DNA from: Squalus acanthias
Lineage: Eukaryota
Direction: 5' to 3'
DNA length: 64,000 nt
Assembly (NCBI GenBank): GCA_030390025.1
Contig: CM059432.1
Location: 132,124,001-132,188,000, forward strand
Each line of letters starts with the position of its first letter. Within the stretch, counting starts at the first letter, position 1. Position numbers and translations under genes: made by a program. Below, piece by piece: positions 36,887 through 50,860 of this stretch. The notes beneath the pieces were generated by a model. That model worked only from the letters and a program-made list of their open reading frames with translations. It ran no database searches and was not told where the DNA came from.

Positions 36887-37744
36887 AGTTTCTGTGTAAC
36901 AAGCCTACCCACAAGTGGTTGCTCTTAGGCTATGTCACCCAGGGCTAACTGTTACTCTATTGAGCAGTAACGCTGTGCACTGGAATTCCCTTAATAGTTT
37001 TGCTCTGACTGGATCAACCCTGAAGTTGGTAAATGTCAAATGGTAGGCCCACTATGTGCAGGTGGTTGAATTTATCATAGAATTGTAGAAATTTACAGCA
37101 CAGAAGGAGGCCATTCGGCCCATCGTGTCTGTGCCGTATGTGCGGTTTATACCAGTAGCAATGTTGGTCAAATACTGTACAGCACAGTAACGGTATAAAA
37201 TGTCCAAAAACAGCGCCATGAGCAGGAAGCCGCAGTGAGATTCCCGATATGCCAATCTAGTGAAGAGGAGGATCGGGGCCAGAAGAGGCCCAAAACTTTC
37301 CTTGTTGGGCCAGGAGGAGCAGGAGTATTCCTCCGGGCCCCACAAGGAAAGCATAGGCCTCCCCTACCACACACCCCCACCCTTCCCAGAATATTAACCA
37401 CCCTCTGTGTAAAATAATTTTCTTGTAATCTCGACTTTTTGTAATAAATTTATCTTGCTGACCAGTGGAGATAATCTATGAAGTATTATGGTTTTAGATG
37501 TGATAACTAGGGCCGCAGTGCTCCAAGGTGGGCTGTGTTGGTCATTGCAGTTAAAATTCAACTTTGGCGGGGATGCAGAACGGGCGGTAGCAGGTTGTAC
37601 GCCCCGACCCAATTTTCCTTTCTATTGAGATGTATAACAAGTGGCCAATCCGCTACCACTTGTTTTGCACGCACTGCAGAAGTTGAATTTTACCTCCCTA
37701 CCAAACTTTTACAGTTTATTTTGTATATTGAAGTGAATGACTAA

Positions 37745-38180
37745 AGAAAGAACGAACTTGCATTTATATAGTGGTTTCACAACTTCAGGATGTCCCAAAG
37801 CACTTTACAGCCAATGGAGTACTTTTAAAGTGTAGTCACTGTTGTAATATAGGAAACGAAGGCAGCCAATTTGCACACAGCAAGGTCCCACAAAGATCAA
37901 TGTAATAATGACCAGATGATCTGTTTTAGTGATGTTGGTTGAGGGATAAATATTGGCCAGGACATCGGGGATAACTCCCCTGCTCCTCTTCGAAATAGTG
38001 CCATGGGATCTTTTACGTCCACCTGAGAGGGCAGACGGTTTAACGGCACCTCCGACAGTGCAGCACTCCTTCAGCACTACACTGGAGTGTCAGCCCAGAT
38101 TTATGTGCTCAAGTCTCTGGAGTGGGACTTGAACCCACGACCTTCTGACTCAGAGCTGCCCACTGACCCACGGCTGACAC
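37745..38180 (-). mobile_element. Near-full-length tRNA-derived DeuSINE (SacSINE1-like)
   Basis: Minus-strand head GTGTCAGCCGTGGGTCAGTGGG...GGTTCAAGTCCC (A-box- and B-box-like), a central Deu-like domain, and an L2-like tail CTATATAAATGCAAGTT. Confidence 0.85.
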
Positions 38181-40324
38181 TGCACTGTACACATGGTCTT
38201 CCTCATTTTTCTTTGGATGAAGTTTAACTGCCACGTACAAAGACCCTCCCTTCTTACCTTTTGGCTTGTCTCTGACCTGGTGCAGGTTGGATCCTCCTTT
38301 TGATTCCCTGCATCAATTTGGTCTATCCTGTTGCTGTTCCCATCATCATTTGAGAAAACCAAGGCATGTTCTGACCGAGATTTTATATACAAGACTCTAT
38401 GAGGGCCCTTTGGTTGAAACATAACATTTTATGCCGGGAACTTTCTGATACCAAGGGAAAAATCCCAAATATGATTGTAATGGACCTCCCCATTGTATCG
38501 TTTTACATGTACACGTTGTGCTTGTAATAATACACTCGCTTTGAAGAAACCAGATCCAGTCCTCTGGCCTGCTCCAGTGTCCCGGTATTTGTGTTGTGTT
38601 AGTTTCCAGTGCGTTTCACTTTACCCTCCGTTTACGCTGCCCAAATTATTTTGGAGTAAATCCAACCAGATATACTCGGCTTTGGAGAAAATGTGGTGGT
38701 GTTCACTGCAGCACCACCACTTCACCTCTGTCTCTTTTGTACTGATACAATACTGCTATCGTGGCAGTGTAAACAGAGGCTTGGTAGATTTTTTTTTTCT
38801 TAAGTGCTTCCAGGCAGCACAGAGCAGCAATGTGTTTGACTTGGAAGTTGCTGCGCTGGCACCATCGCTTCCCACCTGCACTGATGGGACTTCAGCAGTC
38901 TATTGTCTACAGACACGTACTGTGAGCTGCCAGAGTTCCTCCTCTACCTAAAGTGTTTGAAATCCCCCCTCTCTCTCGCACAGTGAAGGTGACCAAAGAT
39001 TGGCTTCTCTACTCATACCTTTTTTTAAGTTGTGCATTTCGACTCTTGTCAAAGAAAGTGGATTTTTAGTGAGGGATAGGGATTAGCGTTAGCTGAAGCT
39101 GCCGCTGCTGCATAAACAAGAGGCAAACCTTTATACATCCAAACCAGATCTTTACATTTCCCTTTTAGGTTTGTGTCAATAGACCTTGTGTATTTAGCGA
39201 TTGCCTTCTTCCGCTGCCCACCCAGAATGTGTGCTGAAGATCATTTCAAAGTTAAGTGGTGTTATAAAATGTTGCATCAATTTACACACCAGTTTATATA
39301 GTAAGATCACTTAAATAAACAAGAGGGTTTTTAAAAAAATGAACTCTAAGCTACTTCAACTTAGTGACTTCAGTGGCAGTTAATTATGTTGAAGCATTAA
39401 ATAATTTGGCAGCTCCAGACTTGTCAAACAATTCCTCTGAGCATTAACCTCAGTAAATGTTTGTCTGTTCTCTAAGAGCACTTGAGCTTATGTGAAGGAA
39501 TAGGAAATGCAAGATAACCTTAGCAGGCTCGGCAGGAAAGGGAGCCTCAACAAGGGCAGCAGTGTGAAGGGTACCTCCTAGCCCTACATACACAGCTGCA
39601 CTTATTTAAGAAAGCTCCAGCTGTCATAAAGTTCAGGGCATCAGGGGTTTTCCAGCAATGTAACGTAGGTCAGCACCAAGGGGCAAGGAAACACCTTGAG
39701 ACACAGGCATGTCCGACACACTATTTCCAAAGAGTTCTACTTAACCCTACAAATCCCAAATTCCTTTTGCGGTTTACAATTGAAAGGATAATTTTTTTTT
39801 TGTTCCCATCAGCAGCAATTTCTATACAGGACATGGACACTGTTCGTTGGGTACAAGTGTTAAAGCTAGATTTTTTTTTTTAGATTTTTGTGTTTTTGCG
39901 CCATGTATCTGTACTGCTCTTTCTATCTAATCACAGGAATCGAAAGTGCAGGCATTGGTGGATTTTGAACTTTGCAGCATCTTGCTTTTTAATAAAACTA
40001 GGCAAGTGTTTTTGCAACATTTGATCACAGTTTCTCTTGTATGCCCAATGACAAAATTGACAGAGTTGAAATGTATGCCACCCACCTTCCAACGTAGGGC
40101 ATGTGCATGTGATCTGTACTGCACATATTGGGAGAAGAGGAGAGATTAGGGGCCGATTTTTTTTTTCCACTTGGGGAAAATCGAACTGACCTAAAAATGG
40201 GGTTGGAGGCCTCGCTGCCCTATTAGCCCCGGTAATTGGCCCATTGCCATTTTGAAAGGGGCCGACTGAAGCACCTGCCTGTTTCAGGCAGTCGGCCCCT
40301 TTTAATATGCAAATCGAGCTCCCA

Positions 40325-40938
40325 AAGCTTTAGGAAGGATGACGAGGCCTTGGAGAGGGTGCAGAAGAGATTTACTAGAATGGTACCAGGGATGATGAGG
40401 GAGTTATGTGGAGAGACTGGAGAAGCTGGGTTTGTTCTCCTTCGAGCAGAGAAGGTTAAGAATCATAGAATTGTAGAAATGTATGGCACAGAACGAGGCC
40501 ATTCGGCTCATCGTGTCTGTGCCGACCAAAAAAGAGCTATCCAGCCAAATCCCACTTTCCAGCTCTTGGTCCGTAGCCTTGTAGGTCAAATGCATATCCA
40601 AGTACCTTTTTAAATGTGATGAGCGTTTCTGCCTTTACCACCCTTTCAGGCCTCTACCACCCTCTGGGTGAAAAAAGTTCTCCTCTAATCCCTCTACCAA
40701 TTATTTTGAATCTATGCCCCCTGGTTATTGACCCCTCTGCTAAGGGAAATAGGTCCTTCCTATCCACTCTATCTCAGCCCCTCATAATTTGATACACCTC
40801 AATCAAGCCTCCCCTCAGCCTCCTCTGTTCCAAAGAAAACAACCCCAGCCTATCCAATCTTTCCTCATAGCTAAAATTCTCCAGTCCTGGCAACATCCTC
40901 GTAAATCTCCTCTGTACCCTCTCTAGTGCAATCGCATC
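40325..40938. mobile_element. Two CR1 fragments in opposite orientation (+ 40325-40460, - 40461-40938)
   Basis: The + part translates FRKDDEALERVQKRFTRMVPG. The - part starts with the tail AATCATAGAATT...GAGGCCATTCGGC. Confidence 0.8.
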
Positions 40939-41449
40939 TTTCCTGCTGCCCCAGAATCCTCAGGCCCCTCCCCATCTGCACTTAACCTGCTGCCCCAGAA
41001 TCCTCGGGCCCCTCCCCATCTGCACTTAACCTGCTGCCGGCTGAGGCAGCCCCGTTTGGCGTCCTGCAGCTTTCCAGTCCAGTGTAAATGATGCCTTAAA
41101 ATTGTGGCCCACCCTTCGCTGCCGGGAAGCGTAAATGACCAGCGCGTTCCATGGTGCGCCTCCCAAAATCCCACATCGACGCCATGAGATGTAATTATTT
41201 GGACCCTCTAACACCCAGAAAACTAATCGCCATGTATCGGTTTGGGTTTTGAAATGAAAGTTTATAAAAAAAAAGGTTCTCTGTATTCGTAACCGTTAAA
41301 TTGTTTTAACATTCTAAACAGTTTTAAGGGTAAGCTCGCTATCCGTGGGAACAGGTGTGTATTAGTAATAGGGAAATTGCATAATTGAGGAGATAGACTG
41401 CCCAATCTGCAGCTGTGACCTGGAGTTTTAAATGGTGCCAGGGTAAGAA

Positions 41450-44400
41450 ACATAATGGAGTAGGTGAGAAAACCTTCTGGAAAGGGAGTGAAATGGGCCA
41501 GAAGTCGTGATTCATGTTGGAGCCGGTGACCTGAAAGGTTAGGATGGAGGTCTTGCAAGGGGAGCTTGAGGATTTTGGATCTAGATGCAAGTGCAAGGCC
41601 TTGAGAGTAGTAATCACAGGATTACTCCTGGCTCCCAAGTGTTGGACCAATCAGGCGGAAACAGATCGGATATGTCAACCTGTGGCGAGTGACATGGTGT
41701 AAAAAAGGCAAGGTTTTAGATTCCTAGGACATTGGAACATGTTCTGAGGTAGGGACAATGTTTAGTGAGACAAGCTTCACTTTAATTAGATTGGTACCAA
41801 TCTCCTTGCAGAGAGGGTAAATATGACAGTGGAAGAGGATTAACACGAGTGAAATAAGAATAAAGCATATCGAAAGGAAATTATAAAGATCATACAAGAA
41901 AAGGATTGCTGTGAGGGATAGCATTAATGTTTTAAGCTACAAATATATGAATGCTAGGAAACATTCTCATCATGATGCCTGACCTTGAGGCTGTTGTAGC
42001 AATTGAGAACTGTGGTATAATTGAGATCCCAAAATAGTTGACCCCTAGTGACGGCGATGTGTACAACATACAAGGTATTTACAGCCTACACTGCAAAGGA
42101 GATGGAATAGCTGTGTGTCAAGGACTGGTACAACTAACTAGTCTGGCTAGAAGTATGTAGTGCAAAGGGCGCAACAATAATTCTAGGGATTTGCTGTAGA
42201 CCACTGGGTCAAAACAAAAAGGACAGGCAACTCTATGAAGAAAAATGGATATAATGTGAGAGTGGAAAGGTCATACTTAAGTGGGGACTTAGCCACACAC
42301 AAACTAAGGTAGTCCAGGATTTGCGCTAATGTATGTAATGGATGACTGCTTTCTGCCCCAGTGTGTTAGGCATGCCACAAGGGGTAACTCGCATTTCAAT
42401 TTGGCAATGCAAAATGGTGCATAGTATACTGGAAATGGTTGTAGTGGTAACCTTGGGCAACAGGGACGATAACATAACATTTTTTTTCATTCGTTCCTGG
42501 GATGTGGACATCGCTGGCAAGGCCAGCATTTATTGCCCATCCCTAATTGCCCTTGAGAAGGTGGTGTTGAGCCACCTTCTTGAACCGCTGCAGTCCGTGT
42601 GGTGAAGGTGCTCCCACAATGCTGTTGGGGAGGGAGTTCCAGGATTTTGATCCAGCGACAATGAAGGAACGGCAATATACTTCCAAGTCAGGATGGTGTG
42701 TAACTTGGCGGGGAACTTGCAGGTGATGGTGTTCCCATGCGCCTGCTGCCTTTGTCTTTCTAGGCGGTAGAGGTTGCAGGTTTGGGACGTGCTGCCAAAG
42801 AAGCCTTGGCGAGTTGCTGCAGTGCATCCTGTAGATGGTACACACTGTAGCCACGGTACGCCGGTGGTGGAGGGAGTGAATGTTTAAGGTGGTGGATGGG
42901 GTGCCAATCAAGTGGGCTGCTTTGTCCTGGATGGTGTCGAGCTTCTTGAGTGTTGTTGGAGCTGTGCTCATCCAGGCAAGTGGAGAGTATTGCATCACAC
43001 TTCTGACTTGTGCCTTGTAGATAGTGGAAAGGCTTTAGTGAGTCAGGAGGTGAGACACTCGCCTCAGAATACCCAGCCTCTGACCTGCTGTTGCAGCCAC
43101 AGTATTTATGTGGCTGGTCCAGTTAAGTTTCTGGTCAATGGTGACCCCCCAGGATGTTGATGGTGGGGGATTCAGTGATGGTAATGCCGTTGAATGTCAA
43201 GGAGCGGTGGTTAGACTCTCGCTTGTTGGAGATAGTCATTGCCTGGCACTTGTGTGGCGCGAATGTTACCTGCCACTTATCAGCCCAAGCCTGAATGTCA
43301 TCCAGGTCTTGCTGTATTCGGGCGTGGACTGTTTCATTATCTGAGGAGTTGCGAATGGAACTGAACACTCTGCAATCATCAGCGAGCATCCCCACTTCTG
43401 ACTTTATGATGGAGGGAAGGCCATTGATGAAGCAGCTGAAGATGGTTGGGCCTAGGACACTGCCCTGTGGAACTCCTGCAGCAATGTCCTGGGGCTGAGA
43501 TGATTGACTTCCAACAACTACAACCATCTTCCTTTGTGCTAGGTATGACTCCAGCCAGTGGAGAGTTTTCCCTCTGATTCCCAGTGACTTCAATTTTATT
43601 AGGGCTCCTTGATGCCACACTTGGTCAAATGCTGCCTTGATGTCAAGGGCAGTCACACTCGCCTCACCTCTGGAATTCAGCTCTTTTGTCCATGTTTGGA
43701 CCAAGGCTGTAATGAGGTCTGGAGCCGAGTGGTCCTGGTGGAACCCAAGCTGAGCATTATTGAGCAGGTTATTGGTGAGTAAGTGTCGCTTGATAGCACT
43801 GTCGACGACACCTTCCATCACTTTGCTGATGATTGAAAGTAGACTGATGGGGCGGTAATTGGCCGGATTGGATTTGTCCTGCTTTTTGTGGACAGGACAT
43901 ACCTGGGCAGTTTTCCACATTGTCAGATAGATGCCAGTGTTGTAGCTGTACTGGAACAGCTTGGCTAGAGGCGCGACTAGTTCTGGAGCACAAGTCTTCA
44001 GCACGACAGCTGTCAGGGCCCATAGCCTTTGCTGTATTCAGTGTGCTCAGCCGTTTCTTGATATCACGTGGAGTGAATCGAATTGGCTGAAGACTGGCTT
44101 CTGTGGTGGTGGGGACCTCCGGAGGAGGCCGATATGGATCATCCACTCGGCACTTCTGGCTGAAGATGGTTGCAAACGCTTCAGCCTTGTCTTTTGCACG
44201 CGCGTGCTGGGCTCTGGCATCATTGAGGATGGGACTATTCATGGACCCTCCTCCTCCCCTTAGTTGTTTAATGGTCCACCATCTTTCATGACTGGATGTG
44301 GCAGGACTGCAGAGCTTTGATCTGATCTGTTGATTGTGGGATCGCTTAATTCTGTCTATAGCATGCAGCTTCCCCAGTTTGGCACCTCATTTTTAGGTAC

Positions 44401-47276
44401 GCCTGGTGCTGCTCCTGGCATGCTCTTCTGCACTCCTCATTGAACCAGGGTTGGTCCCCTGGCTTGATGGTAATGGTAGAGTGAGGGATATGCCGGGCCA
44501 TGAGCTTACAGATTGTGGTAGAATACAATTCTGCTGCTGCTGATAGCCCACAGCGCCTCATGGATGCCCAATTTTGAGCTGCTAGATTTGTTCTGAATCT
44601 ATCCCATTTAGCACAGGGGTAGTGCCACACAACACGATGGAGGGTGTCCTCCGTGTGAAGACGAGATTTCATCTCCACAATGACTGTGCGGTGGTCACTG
44701 CTACCAATACTGTCATGGACAGATGCATCTGTGACCGGTAGATTGGTGAGGACGAGATCAAGTAGGGTTTCCCCTCGTGTTGGTTCTCTCACCACCAGCC
44801 GCGATTCTAGTCTGGCAACTATGTCCTTCAGGACTCTGCCAGCTCGGTCAGTAGTGGTGCTACCGAGCCACTCTTGGTGATGAACATTGAAGTCCCCCAC
44901 CCAGAGTACATTCTGTGCCCTTGCTACCCTCAGTGCTTCTTCCAAGTGGTGTTCAACATGGACGATTACGATTCATCAGCTGAGGGAGGGCGGTAAGTGG
45001 TAATCAGCAGGAGGTTTACTTGCCCATGCTTGACCTGAAGCCATGCGACTTCATGGGGTCCGGAGGCAATGTTGAGGACTCCCAGGGCCACTCCTTCCTG
45101 ACTGTATACCACTGTGCCGCCCCCTCTGGTGGGTCTGTCCTGCCAGTGGGACAGGACATACCCAGGGATGGTGATGGAGGAACCTGGAACATTGGCTGAA
45201 AGGTATGATTCTGAGAGTATGACTATGTCAGGCTGTTGCTTGACTAGTCTGTGGGACAGCTCTCCCAATTTTGGCACAAGTCCCCAGATGTTAGTGAGGA
45301 GGATTTTGCAGGGTTGACTGGGCTGGGTGTGCCGTTGTCATGTCTGAAACCGGTGCTGAGGTCGATGCCGGGTGGTCCGTCCATGTTTTATTCTTCTTGT
45401 TTTTCGTAGCGGTTGTAACATGCTTACATTTGACAAGACCTTGGATAAACTAGTACCACAAACCAATACTCGGGTATAGGACAATAAGGGAAGAGCTTAA
45501 ATAAATCAATCATGTTTAACTTTTTAAAAAAAAACACATTTCAGTTGAGGTGGAATGAAATACCTGTAAGGACATACAGCTGAGCATGCTGGGTAAGTAC
45601 AAGAAACTTGACCTAAATATAAAATGAAGTGAAAAATAACTGCAAAGCTTGAAAGGAAAAAGGTGAAGGAAACCACTAGGATAGTCATATCACAAAAGGG
45701 GAACTAGAAATGAGCATAGCTTTCGATGTCAAAGTCAAATGCCACAGTAAGAAATTCTTCCAGAATTGAGATCCTTAAGGATGAAAACAGGCTTGATGCT
45801 GAGGATGAACTAAAAATACTTAAGGTACTAAATGCTCATACGTCTTGAAAGTTTTCACTAGAGAATGTACTTGAAACGTACCATCCATCATAGGAGGTTC
45901 TACAATTAAACTTAATGACTATGTGATGGCCAGCTGTATCAATCCGATGGTGTTAAATGAAACTAGGGATGAAATCTGCAGCTGCTGACGGTTATCATGA
46001 AAGGTCCCACTGAACTGTAAACAAGCTGGCCTAGTACCTAATTTCCAAGAAAGTCTATGAAACAAATCCTGGTAACAGATTCATTAGTTTTACATCAATA
46101 ACTGGAAATGATCATTGGGAACAAAGTTGAGTATACCTTTATGAAATTAATCTAGTAAGTGGCAGCCAGTTTGGTTTGGAAAGGGGCAGATACACCACCT
46201 TGACTTTTTTGAAGAACTGTTATCGCAAGTGGACACTCAAAAACCCAATGCTACTAGTGTACCTAGACTTCCAGACCTTTGATAAAGTTGCACGTGAAAG
46301 GTTGTGTAGCAAGCCTAAGTTAGTAGTATCCTCGATAAAACTTTTGAGGAAGCCACAGATGCTGGTTAGAGGAAAGACACCCAGGTGGCAAGAATGGAGT
46401 ACTCCAGGGGCCCTTACTATTTCTGATCCACAAAAATGATCTTGAATCTGAGCCTCAGTGTAAGTTGGTTAAATTCATAGGTGATACTCAACTAAGTGGA
46501 TGGGGTTGGACGCAGTAGACCCGAGAGAGCTGAGGAATTACGGAAGGATTTAGACAATATTCTACAAATGGACAGAACAATGACTGGTGAAATTCAACAG
46601 GGCTAAGTGCATGGTCTTGCACATTGCGGGGGGAAAATGGGGAACATATTGAGTGGTGTTGACCGGAGAGGCTGGAAGAGATCCGAGAGTCATCGTAGAC
46701 TACACTGACCACGTCCAGCCCTTACAGCGCAGCAATTATTAAAGAGAATGCTGAACTATTTGCCAAATGAGTACAGTTTAAGTCTGAAGCTATATTGTGC
46801 TTTTGTCAGGATGTTGCTTTAATACTGTCAGCGAGGCACAAGGGAAACATCTCGGTCCTGGAAATGGTGCTGAGTAGGGCCACAAGGCTGAATCATCATG
46901 TCAGGAGACTGATTTATGGGGAAAGGTTAGAAAGTTTCAACTCCAGCTTTGAAAGGAAGCAAATGCGAGGGACCTTTATAGAGGTACATAAGATGTTAAG
47001 TGGAATGGAAATGGTTAATCTTGAGCACCCTATCAACTTACACCGTGTCTACAGGACAAGGGGGACTTGGGTACAAACTGTTAAAAGGCAAGTTAAGGAC
47101 TGGGCATCAGGAAGAACTTCTTCTCGTGATTAATACCTGGAATGGATTTCGAAGTAGAGTCGCAGAGGTCAAAATTTGAGTAATTCAAGGGGAAGTTGGT
47201 TGCTGTGAGGATGGTTTTCACTTTATAAGCAAGATAGGCCAAAAAGCATCCCTGCTCTGTACTTATCTTTGTGACT
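41450..47276 (+). mobile_element. Old, heavily decayed near-full-length CR1 (ORF1 esterase remnant, ORF2 EN and RT, tail), interrupted at 42481-45415
   Basis: About 41560-41830 resembles the CR1 ORF1 SGNH esterase (VVITGLL, GFRFLGHW, LHFN..GTNLL). EN start at about 41940. LVYLDFQTFDKV at about 46255. LEMVLSRATRL...RTRG at 46860-47065. Tail at about 47232-47276. Confidence 0.6.
42481..45415 (-). mobile_element. CR1-group LINE (family A), most of ORF2 (EN plus RT) and 3' UTR, frameshifted
   Basis: ORFs 44966..45277 (PDIVILSES, RGGGTVVY, TTYRPP), 44346..44945 (GDFNVHH, LDLVLT, SDH), 43135..44004 (RT: GVPQGSVLGP, LADD) and 42543..42998. Candidate TSD TAACAT at 42475-42480 and 45416-45421. Confidence 0.93.
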
Positions 47277-47318
47277 ATTTATTTAAAAAAAACACTTAAA
47301 TTTTATTTCTTCTAACAG

Positions 47319-47395
47319 AATACAACACCAGTGACCAGCGACAAGCTTGCAAAAAGCATGAACTCTATGTGAGTTTTCGGGACTTAGGATGGCAG
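47319..47395 (+). CDS. BMP6: BMP6-like coding exon 5 (mature domain, first cysteine)
   Basis: Acceptor ttcttctaacag and donor CAG|gtaaa; 77 bp. Encodes (E)[25 protein letters not shown]. Phase matches exon 4. Not in the ORF track. Confidence 0.95.
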
Positions 47396-47954
47396 GTAAA
47401 AAAAAAAGGAACTTTTTTTTCCCATTTTGTAAGTCACTTATGATTTTGTCATTGGTGAACTGAAAAGGAAGAAAAATGATGCTGGAAAACCCTACCTCAA
47501 ATATGCTTTTGCCAGCCTTATTTGGTAACATTATTAGAAGCATTAGGGGGAAAAAAATACTTTCAGACCCGTAATTAAAATCCAACGTCTACCATTTCCT
47601 TTAATCCGCTCCCAAACTCTGGAAAGATGCACACGTGATAAACTAAGTCAATACACACCAAGATTCAGGGAGTCGAGCAGCTATTTTTAACTTTTAATTC
47701 CATATTTTTGTACCTATCTGTCCACATAGTTAAAAGTCTTGTATATAGCATATGCCACAAAACACAAACGTCCATTTAAAAAAAAAAGAAAATCTGACTG
47801 GTTTAAATGCTCATTGACAAAGAAACAGTGACCCTAAAACATACTGATTGGTCCATATGCCCCATTGCCTAAAATGGAATCAATGGTAAAGCACTGCAGT
47901 AGTTCTTGTCTTTAGGACCCTTCTAATTGCAAAACCACCTGTTGAGAGAGAGAG

Positions 47955-48175
47955 CATGCATTTATATAGCGCCTTTCATGAACTCAGGATGTCCCAAAAC
48001 GCTTCACAGCCAATGAAGTACTTTTCAAGCATGGTCACTGTTGTGATGTAGGAAACGCGGCAGCCAATTTGCGCACAGCCACGTCCCACAAACCGCACCA
48101 GATCATCTGTTTCAGTGATGTTGGTCAAGGGATAAATATTGGCCCCAGGACACAGGAGAGAACTCCCCTGCTCTT
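47955..48175 (-). mobile_element. DeuSINE 3' half
   Basis: TGCATTTATATAGCGCCTTTC...ACAGCCAATGAAGTAC...GGGATAAATATTGGCC. Confidence 0.8.
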
Positions 48176-49789
48176 GTATGCGACTGCAATATTCTAGCTG
48201 GAAGGTCTCCCCATTGTAATTAACCTCCAATGAGAGACCACCTGCTGAATGCGAACCTAGATGATGTCTAATTGTTCCATTTGTAATTAACAACCACGCT
48301 GGTCCTAGGAAACAGTATTTGGATGCATATTTAGATGATGGATGTTGTTTGTAAAAGAAAAAATTGACACAGAGCTGCTTTGTGGGCTAGGTCTTACTGG
48401 CATATTGTCTTTGAAGGCCATGAGCGAAAATCCTTTCAATCTGTGTCGTGTTGAAGTAGAGAGCCTGAATGTAAATGGCAACACTCCCAGTTTCCCAAAG
48501 AGCCAATTCTAGCCTTAAAATCTCAGAGGCTGTGGCACTAGGAGCGCACTTTGTGTCTGGACTCCACACATGATCCAGATGTTGAAATCAACTTGACTAC
48601 AAACTAATCAGCTGGTTGCTACTGATGATTTTCACCCTAAAAATTGAGAAACCCACTTTAAGTGTTAATTGTTGGAAAGGCCTCCGAACAGAGAGAAGCA
48701 ATTGACCTGTAAGTTAGTGGTGACTGCCGAACTGCAACTGATCGCCACCTCGAGCCGATGTCTCAATCTACCCCCGGCCCCAGTCGCCCGATTGCCCTCC
48801 CTTATTCGAGTCGCACCTCTTCCCGATCGTATCCCCTCCCCGTTTAACGCTCTACCCTGAGGCTGCTGCCGACAGTGCAGAAGCCCAAAGATTGAAGCCT
48901 TATCGCCGATGAGTTGCCTGGGGATGCCCAGCAGGTGTTTGCAGCTCACTGGTCTGATTTAAGTGAGGCCCGAGGCCCAATTTCGGGTGCACCTCGGGGC
49001 CTACCTGTTCAAGCACAGTGATTGTTCCCTGCACTCATTCCAGCGCGAAAGAATTTCTATCTCTTGATGCCTTTTTATGGGGGGCCCCCCCTGTGTTATG
49101 TGCAAGGCTGCAATGGTGCTTGCAAACATCTGTGCATGCAAGTGAGGTGCTGCCTCTGCCCCACTTTCAGTTGTTTTGTGTTTTTCCTCCTCGTGGCCTG
49201 CCTTCCCAATGCTTTCACAGTTGTGTCTGCCACTTCCCCGGGCCTTTCCTCTACTCTTAGCTGCTCCTGGATTTCCAGCGGGCCCGTCCTACACTTTTCG
49301 GTTTGCTCTGAAACTCAACTCCCAGTCCTCAGCATCACTGTCCCTCACCACGGGTGACTGTAGTGTTTGATTACAAGCTGAATTCAAATCTTATTTTGAC
49401 CTTTTTTATAAAGTTTCTTTTGGTGATTTTAAATAATTCCTTTTTTAAAAAAATATATATTGTATGAATAGTTTCTGGACATTTTTGGGGCTTTTTGAGC
49501 AGTCCTATAACAATGTGCATAGTAAAGGAGCAATGCTGAATTTGAGAATCAAATCTGTCTAATGTACACAGTGGGATTTGTTAGCATTAAGCTTTCAATT
49601 TTTGATTTAATGTTTCATTGGGAATTCATTTGAGCGTAAAACTATGTTGTGTGTCCCACTGGCACGTGGTGTATGATCCTTTACCTCGTCTTTTCCCAAT
49701 CTGTTGATCACACTATTCCTCCTGACATTTGTTAAAGAAAGAATGCCAATATCCTCTGGCCAGTGTGTGTATTAATAAGTTGTAGGTTA

Positions 49790-50090
49790 CTAGGTGGTGC
49801 TAGCGACACTACAATTGACCTGCGCCCTGCATTAGGAAGGGGAAAATCAGCCAAGGTTCCTGCTGCTGATAATTATCCAGCAAGAGCTGTTGGAAGGACG
49901 CTTCTGTGACCACATTTATTCTCAGCTGTGATCCTGATGTGTCCCTGCTCTCTCTTTCCTGCCACGGAATACCTGCCAACACATGATTCACTAATGAATA
50001 ATGGCCAGGGCAGGGTAGCTGAGGACAGTTTGCACCCGTGGAATCAGATCCCAGCAAAAAGCCAACACCTAGAGGAGAAGTGAAAACTGT
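49790..50090 (+). mobile_element. AmnSINE2-like SINE
   Basis: CTACAATTGACC...GGGGAAAATCAGCCAAGGTTCCTGCTGCTGAT...CACCCGTGGAATCAGATCCCAGCA. Homologous to 50490-50860 and 54900-55200. Family name is from recall of the consensus. Confidence 0.55.
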
Positions 50091-50295
50091 CACTGGGGGG
50101 GGGGAAATCACACATACACTTACTAATACAGTAACCTTATCACATGCAGTACCTTCTACAGTCTGTGTCTTTAAACCAACAGCTTTAATCTATAATATTT
50201 ATAGAAATGAGCACTTTCTCATTTGAATGTGCAGATGGTTAATCCATTCCAGATGCTCATTAACTGATTGATTGAGTGTCTTTTTATCCAGCTTG

Positions 50296-50329
<34 letters not shown>

Positions 50330-50489
50330 ATTACCAGAAAGTAGTACAGGACTGTAATCTCCAGTTGGTAATTTCTGAGGTGATCCCTTTTAATTTTGTA
50401 TTGATAGCCAGGGAGCCAAATTGGGTTATTGAAGCTCTACCAATGATCACTAACCTGAACCACGCAACTCCCTTGTATGATTGAGCATA

Positions 50490-50860
50490 TTGGCCAGAAT
50501 GCCCCCAGTGTGATTCCTGATCTGTGCGAGGTTAGCTGGTATTGTAATTGGAGAGTTACACTTGTCCCCATCGGGGTGGGGGGGGGAAGAGTCGAGGGTG
50601 TGGTGGGGGTGAGGAAACAGCCAGGCTTACTGCTCCTGATTACTGTTCAGTGACCCCTGCTGGAAAGTACACAAGCGTGGACACTGGATGAGAATACGAA
50701 TGGACTTGGCTGTGAGTCATCTTTGGAGAATAGCCAGTCAACGTTCAGTGTCTTAAGTTCATACATGAATAATGTGCAGAACAGTTCCTGACACCTGTGG
50801 AGCCATTCGCCATTCCCCGCTCCCCCCTCACCCCCAGGGACTTGATGCCTTCACAAGGGC
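50490..50860 (+). mobile_element. AmnSINE2-like SINE
   Basis: CAGCCAGGCTTACTGCTCCTGATTACTGTTCAGTGACCCCTGCTGGAAAG...TTGGCTGTGA...GAATAGCC. Confidence 0.55.

Noticed and set aside
42481..45415. Active autonomous LINE
   Set aside because: ORF2 is broken into several frames with an apparent internal deletion, and no ORF1 is present.
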